Assembly: GCA_964016885.1 (NCBI GenBank)
Contig: OZ024741.1
Coordinates: 229,214,001 to 229,278,000 of the forward strand
Source of the DNA: Eledone cirrhosa
Taxonomy: Eukaryota
Length of the DNA: 64,000 nt
Reading direction: 5' to 3'
This document shows, one piece after another, positions 1-18,500 of this stretch. The notes under the pieces are model-generated. The model was not told the DNA's origin and made no database searches. It saw only the letters and a program-made list of their open reading frames with translations. Made by a program: the position numbers and the translations under genes. Positions within the stretch are counted from its first letter, which is position 1. Each line of letters opens with the position of its first letter.

Positions 1-619
1 ATACACACCAGTCTGATACACATACACACCAGAATGATACACATACACACCAGACTGATACACATACACACCAGACTGATACACATACACACAAGACTGA
101 AACACATACACACCAGACTGATACACATACACACCAGACTGATATACATACACACCAGACTGATACACATACACACCAGACTGATACACATACACACCAG
201 ACTGATACACATACACACCAGACTGATATACATACACACCAGACTGATACACATACTCACCAGACTGATACACTTACACACCAGACTGATATACATACAC
301 ACCAGACTGATACACATACACACCAAACTGATACACATACACACCAGACTGATACACATAAACACCAGACTGATACACATACACACAAGACTGATATACA
401 TACACACCAGACTGATACACACACACTCCAGACTGAAGTACATACACACCAGACTGATACACATACACACCAGACTGATACACATACACACCAGACTGAT
501 ACACATACACACCAGACTGATACACATACACACCAGACTGATACACATACACACCAGACTGATACACATACACACCAGAATGATACACATACACACCAGA
601 CTGATACACATACACTCCA

Positions 620-3600
620 GACTGATACACATAAACACCAGACTGATACACATACACACCAGACTGATACACATACACACCAGACTAATACACATACACA
701 CCAGCCTGATACACATACACACCAGACTGATATACATACACGCGAGACTGATATACATACACACCAGACTGATATACATACACACCAGACTGATATACAT
801 ACACTCCAGACTGATATACATACACACGGGACTGATACACATACACACCAGACTGATACACATACACACCAGACTGATTCACATACACACCAGACTGATA
901 CACATACACACCAGACTGATACACATACACACCAGACTGATACACATACACACCAGACTGATATACATACACAGCAGACTGATACACATACACACCAGAA
1001 TGATACACATACACACCAGACTGATATACATACACACCAGACTGATACACATACGCACCAGACTGATACACATACACACCAGACTGAGAAACATACACAC
1101 AAGACTGATATACACATACACACCAGACTGAAACACATACACACCACACTGATAAACATACACACCAGACTGATAAACATACACACAAGACTGATTGATA
1201 TACATACACACCAGACTGATACACATACACACCAGACTGATACACATACACACCAGACTGATAAACATACACACCAGACTGATATACACACACACCGACT
1301 GATACATATACACACCAGACTGATATACATACACACCAGACTGATACACATATACACCAGACTGATACAAATACACACCTGATTGATATACATACACACC
1401 AGACTGATACACATACACACCAGACTGATACACATACACACCAGACTGATACACATACACACCAGACTGATACACATACACACCAGACTGATATACATAC
1501 ACACCAGACTGATACACATACACACCAGACTGATATACATACACACCAGACTGATATACACACACACCAGACTGATACACATACACACTAGACTGACATA
1601 CATACACACCAGACTGATATACATACACACCAGACTGATACACATACACACAAGACTGATACACATACACACCAGACTGACATACATACACACCAGACTG
1701 ATACACATACACACCAGACTGATACACATACACACCAGACTGATAAACATACACACCAAACTGATATACACACACACCAGACTGATACATATACACACCA
1801 GACTGATATACATACACACCAGACTGATACACATATACACCAGACTGATACAAATAAACACCTGATTGATATACATATACACCAGACTGATACACATACA
1901 CACCAGACTGATACACATACACACCAGACTGATACACATACACACCAGACTGATACACATACACACCAGACTGATATACACACACACCAGACTGATACAC
2001 ATACACACTAGACTGACATACATACACACAAGACTGATATACATACACACTAGACTGATATACATACACACCAGACTGATATACATACACTCCAGACTGA
2101 TACACATACACACCAGACTTATACACATACACACCAGACTGATACACATACACACCAGACTGATACACATACACACCAGACTGATACACATACACTCCAG
2201 ACTGATACACATAAACACCAGACTGATACACATACACTCCAGACTGATACATATACACACCAGACTGATACACATACACACCAGACTGATACACATACCC
2301 ACCAGACTGATACACATACACTCCAGACTGATACACATAAACACCAGACTGATACACATACACACCAGACTGATACACATACACACCAGACTGATACACA
2401 TACACTCCAGACTGATACACATAAACACCAGACTGATACACATACACACCAGACTGATATACATACACACCAGACTGATACACATAAACACCAGACTGAT
2501 ACACATACACACCAGACTGATACACATACACACCAGACTGATATACATACACACCAGACTGATACACATACACTCCAGACTGATACATATACACACCAGA
2601 CTGATACACATACACACCAGACTGATACACATACACACCAGACTGATACACATACACTCCAGACTGATACACATAAACACCAGACTGATACACATAAACA
2701 CCAGACTGATACACATACACACCAGACTGATACACATACACACTAGACTAATACACATACACACCAGCCTGATACACATACACACCAGACTGATATACAT
2801 ACACACGAGACTGATATACATACACACCAGACTGATATACATACACACCAGACTGATATACATACACACCAGACTGATATACATACACACGGGACTGATA
2901 CACATACACACCAGACTGATACACATACACACCAGACTGATTCACATACACACCAGACTGATACACATACACACCAGACTGATACACATACACACCAGAC
3001 TGATACACATACACACCAGACTGATATACATACACAGCAGACTGATACACATACACACCAGAATGATACACATACACACCAGACTGATATACATACACAC
3101 CAGACTGATACACATACGCACCAGACTGATACACATACACACCAGACTGATAAACATACACACAAGACTGATATACACATACACACCAGACTGATACACA
3201 TACACACCACACTGATAAACATACACACCAGACTGATAAACATACACACAAGACTGATTGATATACATACACACCAGACTGATACACATACACACCAGAC
3301 TGATACACATACACACCAGACTGATAAACATACACACCAGACTGATATACACACACACCGACTGATACATATACACACCAGACTGATATACATACACACC
3401 AGACTGATACACATATACACCAGACTGATACAAATACACACCTGATTGATATACATACACACCAGACTGATACACATACACACCAGACTGATACACATAC
3501 ACACCAGACTGATACACATACACACCAGACTGATACACATACACACCAGACTGATACACATACACACCAGACTGATACACATACATACCAGACTGATATA

Positions 3601-3700
3601 CATACACACCAGACTGATACACATACACACCAGACTGATATACATACACACCAGACTGATATACACACACACCAGACTGATACACATACACACTAGACTG
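620..3700. repeat. Higher-order repeat, offset 2,063 bp (98 units +5 bp); block ~620-1600 repeated at ~2680-3700
   Basis: Same ordered variants (ctaata, cagcctg, cacggga, gattcac, agcag, agaatg, cgcacc, +2, ccacact, +4, -1, cctgattg). ORF-track offsets 685/2748, 879/2942, 1131/3194, 1383/3446 all equal 2063. Confidence 0.9.
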
Positions 3701-4549
3701 ACATACATACACACCAGACTGATATACATACACACCAGACTGATACACATACACACCAGAATGATACACATACACACCAGACTGACATACATACACACCA
3801 GACTGATACACATACACACCAGACTGATACACATACACACCAGAGTGATACACATACACACCAGACTGATATACATACACACTAGACTGATATACACACA
3901 CACCAGACTGATACACATGCACACCAGACTGATATACATACACACCAGACTGATACACATACACACCAGACTGATACACATACACACCAGACTGATACAC
4001 ATACACACCAGACTGATACACATACACACCAGACTGATATACATACACACCAGACTGATATACATACACTCCAGACTGATACACATACACACCAGACTTA
4101 TACACATACACACCAGACTGATACACATACACACCAGATTGATACACATACACACCAGACTGATACACATACACTCCAGACTGATACACATAAACACCAG
4201 ACTGATACACATACACACCTGACTGATATACATACACACCAGACTGATACACATACACTCCAGACTGATACATATACACACCAGACTGATACACATACAC
4301 ACCAGACTGATACACATACACACCAGTCTGATACACATACACTCCAGACTGATACACATAAACACCAGACTGATACACATACACACCAGACTGATACACA
4401 TACACACCAGACTGATACACATACACACCAGACTGATACACATACACACCAGACTGATACACATACACACCAGACTGATATACATACACACCAGACTGAT
4501 ACACATACACTCCAGACTGATACACATAAACACCAGACTGATACACATA

Positions 4550-7500
4550 CACACCAGACTGATATACATACACACCAGACTGATACACATAAACACCAGA
4601 CTGATACACATACACACCAGACTGATACACATACACACCAGACTGATATACATACACACCAGACTGATACACATACACTCCAGACTGATACATATACACA
4701 CCAGACAGATACACATACACACCAGACTGATACACATACACACCAGACTGATACACATACACTCCAGACTGATACACATAAACACCAGACTGATACACAT
4801 ACACACCAGACTGATACACATACACACCAGACTGATACACATACACTCCAGACTGATACACATAAACACCAGACTGATACACATACACACCAGACTGATA
4901 TACATACACACCAGACTGATACACATAAACACCAGACTGATACACATACACACCAGACTGATACACATACACACCAGACTGATACACATACACACCAGAC
5001 TGATATACATACACACCAGACTGATATACATACACACCAGACTGATACATATATACACCAGACTGATACACATACACACCAGACTGATACACATACACAC
5101 TTGACTGATATACATACACACCAGAGTGATATACAAACACAGCAGACTGATACACATACAGACCAGACTGATACACACACACAACAGACTGATACACATA
5201 CACACCAGACTGATATACACATACACACCAGACTTATACACATACACACCAGACTGATACACATACACACCAGACTGATACACATACACACCAGACTGAT
5301 ACACATACACACGAGACTGATATACATACACACCAGACTGATATACATACACACCAGACTGATATACATACACACCAGACTGATATACATACACACGGGA
5401 CTGATACACATACACACCAGACTGATACACATACACACCAGACTGATTCACATACACACCAGACTGATACACATACACTCTAGACTGATACACATACACA
5501 CCAGACTGATACACATACACACCAGACTGATATACATAAACAGCAGACTGATACACATACACACCAGAATGATACACATACACACCAGACTGATATACAT
5601 ACACACCAGACTGATACACATACGCACCAGACTGATACACATACACACCAGACTGATAAACATACACACAAGACTGATATACACATACACACCAGACTGA
5701 TACACATACACACCACACTGATAAACATACACACCAGACTGATAAAAATACACACAAGACTGATTGATATACATACACGCCAGACTGATACACATACACA
5801 CCAGACTGATACACATACACACCAGACTGATAAACATACACACAAGACTGATATACACATACACACCAGACTGATACACATACACACCAGACTGATACAC
5901 ATACACACCAGACTGATAAACATACACACCAGACTGATATACACACACACCAGACTGATACATATACACACCAGACTGATATACATACACACCAGACTGA
6001 TACACATATACACCAGACTGATACAAATACACACCTGATTGATATACATACACACCAGACTGATACACATACACACCAGAATGATACACATACACACCAG
6101 ACTGATACACATACACACCAGACTGATACACATACACACCAGACTGATATACATACACACCAGACTGATACACATACACACCAGACTGATATACATACAC
6201 ACCAGACTGATATACACACACACCAGACTGATACACATACACACTAGACTGACATACATACACACCAGACTGATATACATACACACCAGACTGATACACA
6301 TACACACCGGACTGATACACATACACACCAGACTGACATACATACACACCAGACTGATACACATACACACCAGACTGATACACATACACACCAGACTGAC
6401 ATACATACACACCAGACTGATATACACACACACCAGACTGATACACATACACACCAGACTGATACACATACACACCAGACTGATACACATACACACCAGA
6501 CTGATATACACACACACCAGACTGATACACATGCACACCAGACTGATATACATACACACCAGACTGATACACATACACACCAGACTGATACACATACACA
6601 CCAGACTGATACACATACACACCAGACTGATACACATACACACCAGACTGATATACATACACACCAGACTGATACACATACACTCCAGACTGATACACAT
6701 AAACACCAGACTGATACACATACACACCAGACTGATACACATACACACCAGACTGATACACATACACTCCAGACTGATACACATACACACCAGACTGATA
6801 CACATACACACCAGACTGATATACATACACACCAGACTGATACACATAAACACCAGACTGATACACATACACACCAGACTGATACACATACACACCAGAC
6901 TGATATACATACACACCAGACTGATACACATACACTCCAGACTGATACATATACACACCAGACAGATACACATACACACCAGACTGATACACATACACAC
7001 CAGACTGATACACATACACTCCAGACTGATACACATAAACACCAGACTGATACACATACACACCAGACTGATACACATACACACCAGACTGATACACATA
7101 CACTCCAGACTGATACACATAAACACCAGACTGATACACATACACACCAGACTGATATACATACACACCAGACTGATACACATAAACACCAGACTGATAC
7201 ACATACACACCAGACTGATACACATACACACCAGACTGATACACATACACACCAGACTGATATACATACACACCAGACTGATATACATACACACCAGACT
7301 GATACATATATACACCAGACTGATACACATACACACCAGACTGATACACATACACACTTGACTGATATACATACACACCAGAGTGATATACAAACACAGC
7401 AGACTGATACACATACAGACCAGACTGATACACACACACAACAGACTGATACACATACACACCAGACTGATATACACATACACACCAGACTTATACACAT

Positions 7501-9050
7501 ACACACCAGACTGATACACATACACACCAGACTGATACACATACACACCAGACTGATACACATACACACGAGACTGATATACATACACACCAGACTGATA
7601 TACATACACACCAGACTGATATACATACACACCAGACTGATATACATACACACGGGACTGATACACATACACACCAGACTGATACACATACACACCAGAC
7701 TGATTCACATACACACCAGACTGATACACATACACTCTAGACTGATACACATACACACCAGACTGATACACATACACACCAGACTGATATACATAAACAG
7801 CAGACTGATACACATACACACCAGAATGATACACATACACACCAGACTGATATACATACACACCAGACTGATACACATACGCACCAGACTGATACACATA
7901 CACACCAGACTGATAAACATACACACAAGACTGATATACACATACACACCAGACTGATACACATACACACCACACTGATAAACATACACACCAGACTGAT
8001 AAAAATACACACAAGACTGATTGATATACATACACGCCAGACTGATACACATACACACCAGACTGATACACATACACACCAGACTGATAAACATACACAC
8101 AAGACTGATATACACATACACACCAGACTGATACACATACACACCAGACTGATACACATACACACCAGACTGATAAACATACACACCAGACTGATATACA
8201 CACACACCAGACTGATACATATACACACCAGACTGATATACATACACACCAGACTGATACACATATACACCAGACTGATACAAATACACACCTGATTGAT
8301 ATACATACACACCAGACTGATACACATACACACCAGAATGATACACATACACACCAGACTGATACACATACACACCAGACTGATACACATACACACCAGA
8401 CTGATATACATACACACCAGACTGATACACATACACACCAGACTGATATACATACACACCAGACTGATACACATACACACCGGACTGATACACATACACA
8501 CCAGACTGACATACATACACACCAGACTGATACACATACACACCAGACTGATACACATACACACCAGACTGACATACATACACACCAGACTGATATACAC
8601 ACACACCAGACTGATACACATACACACCAGACTGATACACATACACACCAGACTGATACACATACACACCAGACTGATATACACACACACCAGACTGATA
8701 CACATGCACACCAGACTGATATACATACACACCAGACTGATACACATACACACCAGACTGATACACATACACACCAGACTGATACACATACACACCAGAC
8801 TGATACACATACACACCAGACTGATATACATACACACCAGACTGATACACATACACTCCAGACTGATACACATAAACACCAGACTGATACACATACACAC
8901 CAGACTGATACACATACACACCAGACTGATACACATACACTCCAGACTGATACACATAAACACCAGACTGATACACATACACACCAGACTGATATACATA
9001 CACACCAGACTGATACACATAAACACCAGACTGATACACATACACACCAG
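4550..9050. repeat. Higher-order repeat, about 2 copies, offset 2,257 bp (107 units +10 bp)
   Basis: Offsets 5101/7358, 5700/7957, 6039/8296 and the +4 marker 5760/8017 all equal 2257; both copies carry the gataaaaata and cacgccag variants. Confidence 0.9.
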
Positions 9051-10849
9051 ACTGATATACATACACACGAGACTGATATACTTACACACCAGACTGATAT
9101 ACATACACACCAGACTGATATACATACACACCAGACTGATATACATACACACGGGACTGATACACATACACACCAGACTGATACACATACACACCAGACT
9201 GATATACATACACAGCAGACTGATACACATACACACCAGACTGATATACATACACACCAGACTGATACACATACACACCAGACTGATACACATACACACC
9301 AGACTGATTCACATACACACCAGACTGATACACATACACACCAGACTGATACACATACACACCAGACTGATACACATACACACCAGACTGATATACATAC
9401 ACAGCAGACTGATACACATACACACCAGAATGATACACATACACACCAGACTGATATACATACACACCAGACTGATTCACATACACACCAGACTGATACA
9501 CATACACACCAGACTGATACACATACACACCAGACTGATAAACATACACACCAGACTGATATACATACACAGCAGACTGATACACATACACACCAGAATG
9601 ATACACATACACACCAGACTGATATACATACACACCAGACTGATACACATACGCACCAGACTGATACACATACACACCAGACTGATAAACATACACACAA
9701 GACTGATATACACATACACACCAGACTGATACACATACACACCACACTGATAAACATACACACAAGACTGATTGATATACATACACACCAGACTGATACA
9801 CATACACACCAGACTGATACACATACACACCAGACTGATAAACATACACACCAGACTGATATACACACACACCGACTGATACATATACACACCAGACTGA
9901 TATACATACACACCAGACTGATACACATATACACCAGACTGATACAAATACACACCTGATTGATATACATACACACCAGACTGATACACATACACACCAG
10001 ACTGATACACATACACACCAGACTGATACACATACACACCAGACTGATACACATACACACCAGACTGATATACATACACACCAGACTGATACACATACAC
10101 ACCAGACTGATATACATACACACCAGACTGATATACACACCAGACTGATACACATACACACGAGACTGACATACATACACACCAGACTGATACACATACA
10201 CACCAGACTGATACACATGCACACCAGACTGATATACATACACACCAGACTGATACACATACACACCAGACTGATACACATACACACCAGACTGATACAC
10301 ATACACACCAGACTGATACACATACACACCAGACTGATATACATACACACCAGACTGATATACATACACTCCAGACTGATACACATACACACCAGACTTA
10401 TACACATACACACCAGACTGATACACATACACACCAGATTGATACACATACACACCAGACTGATACACATACACTCCAGACTGATACACATAAACACCAG
10501 ACTGATACACATACACACCTGACTGATATACATACACACCAGACTGATACACATACACTCCAGACTGATACATATACACACCAGACTGATACACATACAC
10601 ACCAGACTGATACACATACACACCAGTCTGATACACATACACTCCAGACTGATACACATAAACACCAGACTGATACACATACACACCAGACTGATACACA
10701 TACACACCAGACTGATACACATACACACCAGACTGATACACATACACACCAGACTGATATACATACACACCAGACTGATACACATACACTCCAGACTGAT
10801 ACACATAAACACCAGACTGATACACATACACACCAGACTGATATACATA

Positions 10850-13800
10850 CACACCAGACTGATACACATAAACACCAGACTGATACACATACACACCAGA
10901 CTGATACACATACACACCAGACTGATATACATACACACCAGACTGATACACATACACTCCAGACTGATACATATACACACCAGACAGATACACATACACA
11001 CCAGACTGATACACATACACACCAGACTGATACACATACACTCCAGACTGATACACATAAACACCAGACTGATACACATACACACCAGACTGATACACAT
11101 ACACACCAGACTGATACACATACACTCCAGACTGATACACATAAACACCAGACTGATACACATACACACCAGACTGATATACATACACACCAGACTGATA
11201 CACATAAACACCAGACTGATACACATACACACCAGACTGATACACATACACACCAGACTGATACACATACACACCAGACTGATATACATACACACCAGAC
11301 TGATATACATACACACCAGACTGATACATATATACACCAGACTGATACACATACACACCAGACTGATACACATACACACTTGACTGATATACATACACAC
11401 CAGAGTGATATACAAACACAGCAGACTGATACACATACAGACCAGACTGATACACACACACAACAGACTGATACACATACACACCAGACTGATATACACA
11501 TACACACCAGACTTATACACATACACACCAGACTGATACACATACACACGAGACTGATATACATACACACCAGACTGATATACATACACACCAGACTGAT
11601 ATACATACACACCAGACTGATATACATACACACGGGACTGATACACATACACACCAGACTGATACACATACACACCAGACTGATTCACATACACACCAGA
11701 CTGATACACATACACACTAGACTGATACACATACACACCAGACTGATACACATACACACCAGACTGATATACATAAACAGCAGACTGATACACATACACA
11801 CCAGAATGATACACATACACACCAGACTGATATACATACACACCAGACTGATACACATACGCACCAGACTGATACACATACACACCAGACTGATAAACAT
11901 ACACACAAGACTGATATACACATACACACCAGACTGATACACATACACACCACACTGATAAACATACACACCAGACTGATAAAAATACACACAAGACTGA
12001 TTGATATACATACACGCCAGACTGATACACATACACACCAGACTGATACACATACACACCAGACTGATAAACATACACACAAGACTGATATACACATACA
12101 CACCAGACTGATACACATACACACCAGACTGATACACATACACACCAGACTGATAAACATACACACCAGACTGATATACACACACACCAGACTGATACAT
12201 ATACACACCAGACTGATATACATACACACCAGACTGATACACATATACACCAGACTGATACAAATACACACCTGATTGATATACATACACACCAGACTGA
12301 TACACATACACACCAGAATGATACACATACACACCAGACTGATACACATACACACCAGACTGATACACATACACACCAGACTGATATACATACACACCAG
12401 ACTGATACACATACACACCAGACTGATATACATACACACCAGACTGATATACACACACACCAGACTGATACACATACACACTAGACTGACATACATACAC
12501 ACCAGACTGATATACATACACACCAGACTGATACACATACACACCGGACTGATACACATACACACCAGACTGACATACATACACACCAGACTGATACACA
12601 TACACACCAGACTGATACACATACACACCAGACTGACATACATACACACCAGACTGATATACACACACACCAGACTGATACACATACACACCAGACTGAT
12701 ACACATACACACCAGACTGATACACATACACACCAGACTGATATACACACACACCAGACTGATACACATGCACACCAGACTGATATACATACACACCAGA
12801 CTGATACACATACACACCAGACTGATACACATACACACCAGACTGATACACATACACACCAGACTGATACACATACACACCAGACTGATATACATACACA
12901 CCAGACTGATACACATACACTCCAGACTGATACACATAAACACCAGACTGATACACATACACACCAGACTGATACACATACACACCAGACTGATACACAT
13001 ACACTCCAGACTGATACACATAAACACCAGACTGATACACATACACACCAGACTGATATACATACACACCAGACTGATACACATAAACACCAGACTGATA
13101 CACATACACACCAGACTGATACACATACACACCAGACTGATATACATACACACCAGACTGATACACATAAACACCAGACTGATACACATACACACCAGAC
13201 TGATACACATACACACCAGACTGATATACATACACACCAGACTGATACACATACACTCCAGACTGATACATATACACACCAGACAGATACACATACACAC
13301 CAGACTGATACACATACACACCAGACTGATACACATACACTCCAGACTGATACACATAAACACCAGACTGATACACATACACACCAGACTGATACACATA
13401 CACACCAGACTGATACACATACACTCCAGACTGATACACATAAACACCAGACTGATACACATACACACCAGACTGATATACATACACACCAGACTGATAC
13501 ACATAAACACCAGACTGATACACATACACACCAGACTGATACACATACACACCAGACTGATACACATACACACCAGACTGATATACATACACACCAGACT
13601 GATATACATACACACCAGACTGATACATATATACACCAGACTGATACACATACACACGAGACTGATACACATACACACTTGACTGATATACATACACACC
13701 AGAGTGATATACAAACACAGCAGACTGATACACATACAGACCAGACTGATACACACACACAACAGACTGATACACATACACACCAGACTGATATACACAT

Positions 13801-15500
13801 ACACACCAGACTTATACACATACACACCAGACTGATACACATACACACCAGACTGATACACATACACACCAGACTGATACACATACACACGAGACTGATA
13901 TACATACACACCAGACTGATATACATACACACCAGACTGATATACATACACACCAGACTGATATACATACACACGGGACTGATACACATACACACCAGAC
14001 TGATACACATACACACCAGACTGATTCACATACACACCAGACTGATACACATACACACTAGACTGATACACATACACACCAGACTGATACACATACACAC
14101 CAGACTGATATACATAAACAGCAGACTGATACACATACACACCAGAATGATACACATACACACCAGACTGATATACATACACACCAGACTGATACACATA
14201 CGCACCAGACTGATACACATACACACCAGACTGATAAACATACACACAAGACTGATATACACATACACACCAGACTGATACACATACACACCACACTGAT
14301 AAACATACACACCAGACTGATAAAAATACACACAAGACTGATTGATATACATACACGCCAGACTGATACACATACACACCAGACTGATACACATACACAC
14401 CAGACTGATAAACATACACACAAGACTGATATACACATACACACCAGACTGATACACATACACACCAGACTGATACACATACACACCAGACTGATAAACA
14501 TACACACCAGACTGATATACACACACACCAGACTGATACATATACACACCAGACTGATATACATACACACCAGACTGATACACATATACACCAGACTGAT
14601 ACAAATACACACCTGATTGATATACATACACACCAGACTGATACACATACACACCAGAATGATACACATACACACCAGACTGATACACATACACACCAGA
14701 CTGATACACATACACACCAGACTGATATACATACACACCAGACTGATACACATACACACCAGACTGATATACATACACACCAGACTGATATACACACACA
14801 CCAGACTGATACACATACACACTAGACTGACATACATACACACCAGACTGATATACATACACACCAGACTGATACACATACACACCGGACTGATACACAT
14901 ACACACCAGACTGACATACATACACACCAGACTGATACACATACACACCAGACTGATACACATACACACCAGACTGACATACATACACACCAGACTGATA
15001 TACACACACACCAGACTGATACACATACACACCAGACTGATACACATACACACCAGACTGATACACATACACACCAGACTGATATACACACACACCAGAC
15101 TGATACACATGCACACCAGACTGATATACATACACACCAGACTGATACACATACACACCAGACTGATACACATACACACCAGACTGATACACATACACAC
15201 CAGACTGATACACATACACACCAGACTGATATACATACACACCAGACTGATACACATACACTCCAGACTGATACACATAAACACCAGACTGATACACATA
15301 CACACCAGACTGATACACATACACACCAGACTGATACACATACACTCCAGACTGATACACATAAACACCAGACTGATACACATACACACCAGACTGATAT
15401 ACATACACACCAGACTGATACACATAAACACCAGACTGATACACATACACACCAGACTGATACACATACACACCAGACTGATATACATACACACCAGACT
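10850..15500. repeat. Second pair of the same ~2.3-kb HOR family, offsets 2,299-2,341 bp
   Basis: Offsets 11380/13679 (2299), 11937/14278 and 12276/14617 (2341 = 111 units +10). Same private markers as the 4.5-9 kb pair, about 6.2-6.3 kb downstream. Confidence 0.88.
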
Positions 15501-18500
15501 GATACACATACACTCCAGACTGATACATATACACACCAGACTGATACACATACACACCAGACTGATACACATACACACCAGACTGATACACATACACTCC
15601 AGACTGATACACATAAACACCAGACTGATACACATACACACCAGACTGATACACATACACACCAGACTAATACACATACACACCAGCCTGATACACATAC
15701 ACACCAGACTGATATACATACACACAAGACTGATATACATACACACCAGACTGATATACATACACACCAGACTGATATACATACACACCAGACTGATATA
15801 CATACACACGGGACTGATACACATACACACCAGACTGATACACATACACACCAGACTGATATACATACACAGCAGACTGATACACATACACACCAGACTG
15901 ATATACATACACACCAGACTGATACACATACACACCAGACTGATACACATACACACCAGACTGATTCACATACACACCAGACTGATACACATACACACCA
16001 GACTGATACACATACACACCAGACTGATACACATACACACCAGACTGATATACATACACAGCAGACTGATACACATACACACCAGAATGATACACATACA
16101 CACCAGACTGATATACATACACACCAGACTGATTCACATACACACCAGACTGATACACATACACACCAGACTGATACACATACACACCAGACTGATAAAC
16201 ATACACACCAGACTGATATACATACACAGCAGACTGATACACATACACACCAGAATGATACACATACACACCAGACTGATATACATACACACCAGACTGA
16301 TACACATACGCACCAGACTGATACACATACACACCAGACTGATAAACATACACACAAGACTGATATACACATACACACCAGACTGATACACATACACACC
16401 ACACTGATAAACATACACACCAGACTGATAAACATACACACAAGACTGATTGATATACATACACACCAGACTGATACACATACACACCAGACTGATACAC
16501 ATACACACCAGACTGATAAACATACACACCAGACTGATATACACACACACCGACTGATACATATACACACCAGACTGATATACATACACACCAGACTGAT
16601 ACACATATACACCAGACTGATACAAATACACACCTGATTGATATACATACACACCAGACTGATACACATACACACCAGACTGATACACATACACACCAGA
16701 CTGATACACATACACACCAGACTGATACACATACACACCAGACTGATATACATACACACCAGACTGATACACATACACACCAGACTGATATACATACACA
16801 CCAGACTGATATACACACCAGACTGATACACATACACACGAGACTGACATACATACACACCAGACTGATATACATACACACCAGACTGATACACATACAC
16901 ACCAGACTGATACACATACACACCAGACTGACATACATAAACACCAGACTGATACACATACACACCAGACTGATACACATACACTCCAGACTGATACACA
17001 TAAACACCAGACTGATACACATACACACCAGACTGATACACATACACACCAGACTAATACACATACACACCAGCCTGATACACATACACACCAGACTGAT
17101 ATACATACACACGAGACTGATATACATACACACCAGACTGATATACATACACACCAGACTGATATACATACACACCAGACTGATATACATACACACGGGA
17201 CTGATACACATACACACCAGACTGATACACATACACACCAGACTGATATACATACACAGCAGACTGATACACATACACACCAGACTGATATACATACACA
17301 CCAGACTGATACACATACACACCAGACTGATACACATACACACCAGACTGATTCACATACACACCAGACTGATACACATACACACCAGACTGATACACAT
17401 ACACACCAGACTGATACACATACACACCAGACTGATATACATACACAGCAGACTGATACACATACACACCAGAATGATACACATACACACCAGACTGATA
17501 TACATACACACCAGACTGATTCACATACACACCAGACTGATACACATACACACCAGACTGATACACATACACACCAGACTGATACACATACACACCAGAC
17601 TGATATACATACACAGCAGACTGATACACATACACACCAGACTGATATACATACACACCAGACTGATACACATACACTCCAGACTGATACACATAAACAC
17701 CAGACTGATACACATACACACCAGACTGATACACATACACACCAGACTGATACACATACACTCCAGACTGATACACATAAACACCAGACTGATACACATA
17801 CACACCAGACTGATATACATACACACCAGACTGATACACATAAACACCAGACTGATACACATACACACCAGACTGATACACATACACACCAGACTGATAT
17901 ACATACACACCAGACTGATACACATACACTCCAGACTGATACATATACACACCAGACTGATACACATACACACCAGACTGATACACATACACACCAGACT
18001 GATACACATACACTCCAGACTGATACACATAAACACCAGACTGATACACATACACACCAGACTGATACACATACACACCAGACTAATACACATACACACC
18101 AGCCTGATACACATACACACCAGACTGATATACATACACACAAGACTGATATACATACACACCAGACTGATATACATACACACCAGACTGATATACATAC
18201 ACACCAGACTGATATACATACACACGGGACTGATACACATACACACCAGACTGATACACATACACACCAGACTGATATACATACACAGCAGACTGATACA
18301 CATACACACCAGACTGATATACATACACACCAGACTGATACACATACACACCAGACTGATACACATACACACCAGACTGATTCACATACACACCAGACTG
18401 ATACACATACACACCAGACTGATACACATACACACCAGACTGATACACATACACACCAGACTGATATACATACACAGCAGACTGATACACATACACACCA

